Assembly: GCA_964631915.1 (NCBI GenBank)
Contig: CAZWAS010000008.1
Span: 6,854 to 55,499 of the forward strand
Reading direction: 5' to 3'
Source: an uncultured Spirochaetales bacterium
GTDB lineage: Bacteria > Spirochaetota > Spirochaetia > CAZWAS01
Length of the DNA: 48,646 bases
This document shows, in pieces, positions 44,218-48,646 of this stretch. The first letter of the stretch is position 1; each line of letters starts with the position of its first letter. Both the position numbers and the translations under genes were made by a program. The notes below the pieces were generated by a model. That model saw nothing but the letters and a program-made list of their open reading frames with translations, was not told the origin of the DNA and ran no database searches.

Positions 44218-45289
44218 CAGTATCCTCCTTTCCCCGCTTCGCGACTCCTGCGCCGGAGAATACGTGGAGCGCATCCGGATCGAATCCGATGCGTATGATT
44301 TCTCCCTTTGCATGCACTTTCGTGTTCTTCCTGCAGAGCGTATCCATGCGAAGTACCCGATCTTCTGCAGAGAGAGTATACCGCAGCAACGCGCCCCTGT
44401 GTTCGTGGCTGAGAACCTTTGCAGGAAACCCGTTCCGATCCGGAAATAGCTCCTCCGGACGGAGAAGCACGGTGACGGATTTTTCGGAGGAAACATTTCG
44501 CGTTATGCGTATCGTTTTTCCGAGAAGTTCGACCGCGGGAGAACCTCCATCGTGATCGGCGACTGGCAATTCGAAAATATTTTCATGCCCCATGAATCTG
44601 GCCACAAAGGCATTTGCCGGTTCCCTATACAAGGCTTCGGGAACGACTATCTGCTGTACTTTTCCTTTGTCCATGACCACGATTCGGTCCGCTATGGACA
44701 TGGCTTCTTCCTGATCGTGGGTCACATATATGGCGGTTATTCCCGATTCCTTCTGTATTCTTCGGATTTCGGCGCGCATAGTTTTTCTCAAACGTTCGTC
44801 GAGGTTCGATAGGGGTTCATCGAAGAGAAGGGCGTTAGGTTCCACAACAAGAGCGCGAGCGAGAGCGACCCGCTGTCTTTGCCCTCCGCTGAGCTCCTGT
44901 ATCTTCCGTTCCCCGTATTCGGCGAGGTCGACTTTTTCGAGCATCGCGTTCACCCGTTCCCCAATTTCCCGGTTGGGCACATGCCGCGCCGAAAGGCCGA
45001 ATGCTATGTTTTTCCGAACGCTCAGGTGGGGGAACAAGGCGTAGTTCTGGAACACCATAGCGGCGTTTCTTTTCCGCGCTGGCCACGAGCTGACTTCGTC
45101 GCTTCCGAATTCGATCGTACCAGAGTCCTGAGGTATGAAACCCGCGAGAATTCTCAAGAGCGTGGTTTTGCCACATCCGGAGGGTCCCAGCAAAGCCAAG
45201 AGTTCTCCGCTTCCCGCAGCAAGGGATACGGAATCCAGAGCAGTGAGGGCTGCGAACCGTTTCGTTATTCCCGTGAGACGGATTTCCAT
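44207..45289 (-). CDS. ABC importer ATP-binding protein (PotA/FbpC type)
   Basis: Walker A GPSGCGKTT, LSGGQRQR, LLFDEP, and a C-terminal TOBE-like region. Confidence 0.92.
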   Translation of the reverse strand: MEIRLTGITKRFAALTALDSVSLAAGSGELLALLGPSGCGKTTLLRILAGFIPQDSGTIEFGSDEVSSWPARKRNAAMVFQNYALFPHLSVRKNIAFGLSARHVPNREIGERVNAMLEKVDLAEYGERKIQELSGGQRQRVALARALVVEPNALLFDEPLSNLDERLRKTMRAEIRRIQKESGITAIYVTHDQEEAMSIADRIVVMDKGKVQQIVVPEALYREPANAFVARFMGHENIFELPVADHDGGSPAVELLGKTIRITRNVSSEKSVTVLLRPEELFPDRNGFPAKVLSHEHRGALLRYTLSAEDRVLRMDTLCRKNTKVHAKGEIIRIGFDPDALHVFSGAGVAKRGKEDTVDH

Positions 45290-46962
45290 GAGGCGGAACC
45301 CTCCTTGATCATGCTGAATACTTTGTCGCGGCGAAACAAAAGCGAGAAAACGCCCAGGAGGAGCAGACTGAGCAGAGAGAGCGAGATAGCCAATACGGAT
45401 GCGGGCCCTAAAGCGAATCCGGTCATGATTTGGAAAATCACCTGAACTGCAACCTTATTCCGGGGAAGCAGAAGAAAGATGATTGCCCCGAGCGTGGTCA
45501 TGGTAGAGGCGAAATTCCTGATGAAGGCTGCTGAAAACGCATCGCGCATCTGAGGCAGCATAATTGTAAAAAAGGTCCTTCCCTCTCCGGCTCCCAGGTT
45601 GTATGAGGCGTTTTCCATGTCGCGGTCGAGATGGGCGAGAAGCGCGTAGCCGGACCTGAGCCCCACATTCAGGTACCGCGCGATGCAGATGAGATATATG
45701 ATGATGCCTGTTCCCAGGAGTATCGGCGGTTTGATCGCGGGCGAAATCCATGAGCCGATTCCGAACAGCGGATACCTGAATACCACGAGATAGCCGATGC
45801 CGAAGAGAATCCCTGGTACAGCGGCAGGCAGAATCCCGAACAGATCCGCGACAGCTCCGAGGGGAGGCCGTTTGTTCCTGATAAGGTAAGCGAGAAGCAC
45901 TCCGAGGAACGAGGAGATTCCCGCTGTTATGACCGCGAGCTCCACCGTATTGAGAAACGGGGACAGATCCCCGGAGAATGCCGTTTTGACATGTTCGAGG
46001 GTAAAGGTGTAGTTGTAGCCCCATTGGACAGTGAAAGCTCCGATCACGATGAAGGCATACTGCAGAAGAACGAAGGCCGCGAAGAGAACGGATACTCCGA
46101 TCAGCATCGCTTTCACTGTGGGCCGAATGTGCCGATATTCGAGATCGTCCGGAACAACGTAGTCCGAAGCGTACGCCTTTCTCTGCACAACGTAACGCTG
46201 TACACCGAAGGCAAGCAGGCAGGGAATGAGCAGGACGATTCCGGAAAGGCTGGCCGTTTTCATATCGTAAAGCCCTGTGATCTGTATGTAGAGCTGCGAT
46301 GCCAGGGTCTGGAAATCCCCGCCTATAATGAGGGGCGTGCTGAAGTCCGCCATGGATGTGAGAAACACCAGAAGAGCGGTGCCGGATATTTCCGGAAGCA
46401 TCAGGGGAAGGCTGATTTTGAAAAATACCCGCGCTTCGGAGGCTCCGAGATTTCTGGCAGCTTCTTCCAAATGAACATCTGTCTTTTCGATGGAACTCGC
46501 TATGAGGATATATGCCAAAGCGCCGAAGCCCAGCACCTGTATGGCGAAGATCCCCTGCCAGCCGAACGCACTCATTTCAAGGCCGAAGAGGGAATGAGTT
46601 ATGAGCCCCCGTTTGCCGAAAAGCATGACATACGCGATGCTTCCGACAAAGGGAGGATTGATGAGCGGAAGGAGCGCCAGCGCCCTGAGCGTGCTCCGCA
46701 CCGGAAATGCGAGCCTGCGGAGGGTGAATGCCAGTACGAGCCCTAGGAAAACCGCTGCGGCTGTCACGGCACCAGAGAGTAAGAGGCTGTTCCATAGGGA
46801 GCGAAGCGCGGAACCGATCCAAATCCGGGGCATTCCTTTTCCTCCCGAACCGATTCCGTACAAGACTACTCCCAGCACAGGGAGAAAGGCGCAGTACAGG
46901 ACGAAAAGAAAGATGAGTATATAGATACCATGCAATATTCTTGTACGTCGTAGGCCTTTCAT
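45265..46962 (-). CDS. ABC importer permease, duplicated (two MalFG-type halves)
   Basis: 565 aa, about 12 TM segments, two EAA-like loops (EEAARNLGASE, MENASYNLGAGE). Confidence 0.9.
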   Translation of the reverse strand: MKGLRRTRILHGIYILIFLFVLYCAFLPVLGVVLYGIGSGGKGMPRIWIGSALRSLWNSLLLSGAVTAAAVFLGLVLAFTLRRLAFPVRSTLRALALLPLINPPFVGSIAYVMLFGKRGLITHSLFGLEMSAFGWQGIFAIQVLGFGALAYILIASSIEKTDVHLEEAARNLGASEARVFFKISLPLMLPEISGTALLVFLTSMADFSTPLIIGGDFQTLASQLYIQITGLYDMKTASLSGIVLLIPCLLAFGVQRYVVQRKAYASDYVVPDDLEYRHIRPTVKAMLIGVSVLFAAFVLLQYAFIVIGAFTVQWGYNYTFTLEHVKTAFSGDLSPFLNTVELAVITAGISSFLGVLLAYLIRNKRPPLGAVADLFGILPAAVPGILFGIGYLVVFRYPLFGIGSWISPAIKPPILLGTGIIIYLICIARYLNVGLRSGYALLAHLDRDMENASYNLGAGEGRTFFTIMLPQMRDAFSAAFIRNFASTMTTLGAIIFLLLPRNKVAVQVIFQIMTGFALGPASVLAISLSLLSLLLLGVFSLLFRRDKVFSMIKEGSASWKSVSRE

Positions 46963-47040
46963 TGTGCAAATCTTCCTTGAAAAACAGGAGCTTCCCTGTT
47001 CAGGATTGCGCCTGTCAAAAACGGGGAGCTTCGGCTAGTT

Positions 47041-48156
47041 TCATTTCGGAACCCGTTTGACCCATTCAGCCAAAATTGTGTCGCGCTTTTCCGCGTTCTT
47101 CTGAAAATCCGTGTCGAAGAGCTTAACGGTCTTGAGGTCGATTATGCCCTCGGGTATGGCGATATCCTTTCTCGCTACCGCCGCGTTTCTGGTCCGCGCC
47201 AGGGTCTCCATACCTTTTTTCGAGAGGAGCCAGTCCACAAACACCTTTGCAGCCTCCTCATTTCTGGTTCCTTTTACGATCGCGACCGGTTGGGGCCACC
47301 AGCCGGTGCCGTCGGAGGGATACACGATTCTAATATGGGAGTTATTCTTTTCGATTTTATCGTCGCCGTCGCTCGGGTTTATCCCGACGATAGCTTCGCC
47401 GTTCACAACCAAGGAGGCAGGATCGCTTCCCCGCGGGGTGAAAAAAGGAACCTGCGGTATGAGCTTTTCCAGGTAAGCCCATCCTGCCTCGTCGCCTTTC
47501 ATCTGCAATACAGCGCTGATGATGTTGTAGGCAGTCCCCGAGGATGCGGGGTTCGGCATGGATACCTCTCCACGGAGCCCGGGCTGCAGGAGATCGTCCC
47601 AGGTCTGAGGCATTTTGAGACCTTTCTTTTCAATGAGGTCCTTGTTCACGACCCAGTTGATCACCGTGAGGGATGTTCCGTACCAGTACCCCTCCGGATC
47701 CTTCATAATGGCGTCCAAGGCCTCTCCAGCGGGAGAGCGGTAAGCGAGCAGGAGATCGTTCTGTTTGGCATTGATGAAAGTATCCGCTCCTCCGGTGAAC
47801 CAGATGTCCGCCACCACGACTCCGGACTCCTTTTCACTTTTCAACCGCTGAAGTATCTCTCCGTTTTTCATGGTGAGATTTTCTACACGGATTCCCGTAT
47901 CGTTCTGAAACTCGTCCAGCAAAGGCCGGACTACATCCGTCACTGCGTACAAATTCAGGGAAACGCCCTTCAGTTTTTCCGCGTTGTAGTGTTCCGAAAC
48001 CCATCCCTTGGCCGGATCGACCGCTGCTTTGCTTTCGGTCGCCGGCTGGTCCTTTTTTCCGCAGGAAAAAAGGAAACCCGCGAGCATGGCGGCCATAAGG
48101 CAGGTGATCAAAACTCTTCCTGTTTTCTTGAATATCCGTTTGTGTGTGTTTTGCAT
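47041..48156 (-). CDS. ABC importer substrate-binding lipoprotein (Fe3+/polyamine/thiamine-like class)
   Basis: ATG 48156 follows an AGGAGG. Signal peptide plus lipobox (LAGFLFSCG). Periplasmic-binding-protein-like body. Confidence 0.86.
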   Translation of the reverse strand: MQNTHKRIFKKTGRVLITCLMAAMLAGFLFSCGKKDQPATESKAAVDPAKGWVSEHYNAEKLKGVSLNLYAVTDVVRPLLDEFQNDTGIRVENLTMKNGEILQRLKSEKESGVVVADIWFTGGADTFINAKQNDLLLAYRSPAGEALDAIMKDPEGYWYGTSLTVINWVVNKDLIEKKGLKMPQTWDDLLQPGLRGEVSMPNPASSGTAYNIISAVLQMKGDEAGWAYLEKLIPQVPFFTPRGSDPASLVVNGEAIVGINPSDGDDKIEKNNSHIRIVYPSDGTGWWPQPVAIVKGTRNEEAAKVFVDWLLSKKGMETLARTRNAAVARKDIAIPEGIIDLKTVKLFDTDFQKNAEKRDTILAEWVKRVPK

Positions 48157-48556
48157 GTGAAATCCTCCTCTATGTACACGGACACGTTTTGTAAGGCTCT
48201 GGGCCCTGAAGTCCGTATAGTCCGTTGTTCCGGCTGTGCGCCGACCGAGAGGATTCCCTTTCAACCGAAGGAAGCGGTGCCTGTAGCAGCTTCCATGCGC
48301 ACGTTCGCCGTTTGAACAATGCCGACCGGCATCGTAAAAGTGTTTCAGCGCTGGAAAAACTGCACAGATTTACTCCGTACCGATAGTATGCGGATAACAA
48401 GCGTCCGCTGGATCACCGTGAGTGTAGCGGAAGACCCTCAAAAGGTCAATGAGCGGAATGCTGAAAGCTTTTCGCACTACCTATTTCATGCGTTTTGTTT
48501 TCGGAAAAACTCTCCCTGCAAGTGCTGCATGGTTCCTTGGGAAAAGAAGAGAGAAG

Positions 48557-48574
48557 GTCCCCCCGCGGGGAACT
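48557..48574 (-). terminator. weak candidate terminator for a gene right of the window
   Basis: The minus strand reads TCCCC-GCGG-GGGGA, a 5-bp stem with a tetraloop, followed by a pyrimidine-rich stretch CCTTCTCTCTTCTTTTCC. Confidence 0.3.
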
Positions 48575-48646
48575 AAGCAGCAAGGGACTTAAAAACATCT
48601 TTGTAATTTCGATACAAGGTGTCAATAACCACAGGCCTAAAAATCA
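48573..48646 (-). CDS. 3' end of an unidentified CDS entering from the right edge
   Basis: The minus-strand frame reads ...IFRPVVIDTLYRNYKDVFKSLAA* with a TAG at 48573-48575 abutting the hairpin. Only 23 codons are visible. Confidence 0.25.
   Translation of the reverse strand, partial: IFRPVVIDTLYRNYKDVFKSLAA

Noticed and set aside
47290-48315. 341-aa plus-strand ORF.
   Set aside because: Antisense and codon-aligned to the substrate-binding lipoprotein gene.
48157-48540. Attempted assignment of the ABC-importer leader to a known riboswitch class (TPP, cobalamin, glycine, guanidine-I, c-di-GMP-I, SAM-I, THF, ZTP).
   Set aside because: The diagnostic cores (CUGAGA with ACCUGAUCUGGAUAAUGCCAGCG; GCCACUG and the B12 box; and so on) are absent. 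Only a generic GAAAGGGAA segment is present, so no class is called.
1-48646. Looked for CRISPR arrays, tRNA/rRNA genes, reverse transcriptase or retron elements, and an intact integrase or recombinase.
   Set aside because: By-eye scanning found no regularly spaced direct repeats, no tRNA-like T-arm or acceptor patterns, and no RT or integrase motifs. Small RNAs cannot be excluded without covariance-model searches.

Overview
48.6-kb bacterial chromosomal segment, about half G+C, densely coding on both strands, from an anaerobe. The lineage may be spirochaete-like, but that is a weak guess from protein flavour and lipobox signal peptides and is not verified. By eye I found no rRNA, tRNA or CRISPR array.

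Housekeeping genes: leuS, ribF, M24 and M29 peptidases, LeuC/LeuD-type dehydratase, feoABC, a ClC channel and a CNNM/TlyC-type protein.

Regulator-plus-transporter modules:
- TetR with a MATE exporter
- TetR with an ABC-2 exporter
- MerR with an alpha/beta hydrolase
- SorC with an ADH and an aldolase
- AraC and XRE regulators
- an ABC importer with a trailing PHP phosphoesterase

Most notable content:
1. A clear hgcA-hgcB mercury-methylation pair (13909-15321). A cysteine-rich MarR regulator is translationally coupled to it (ATGA overlap). A ClC channel follows on the same strand and an FMN reductase lies divergently upstream.
2. A decayed accessory mosaic (about 24.2-27.7 kb). It holds an AT-rich vapBC, a 5'-truncated and frameshifted IS110-family transposase, a PadR cassette with a pentapeptide-repeat protein, and an in-frame deletion scar fusing an ABC ATPase N-terminus to an ABC-2 permease C-terminus.
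3. A tightly linked pair of a Fic AMPylase and a HAD-IB-like hydrolase (39746-41728).
4. Two further decay events: a radical-SAM/SPASM relic and a nonsense-interrupted lipoprotein hydrolase behind a MerR-type promoter with a 19-bp spacer.

Many long ORFs in the supplied track are antisense artefacts and were rejected. All family assignments come from motif recognition in the translations. No database search was run.
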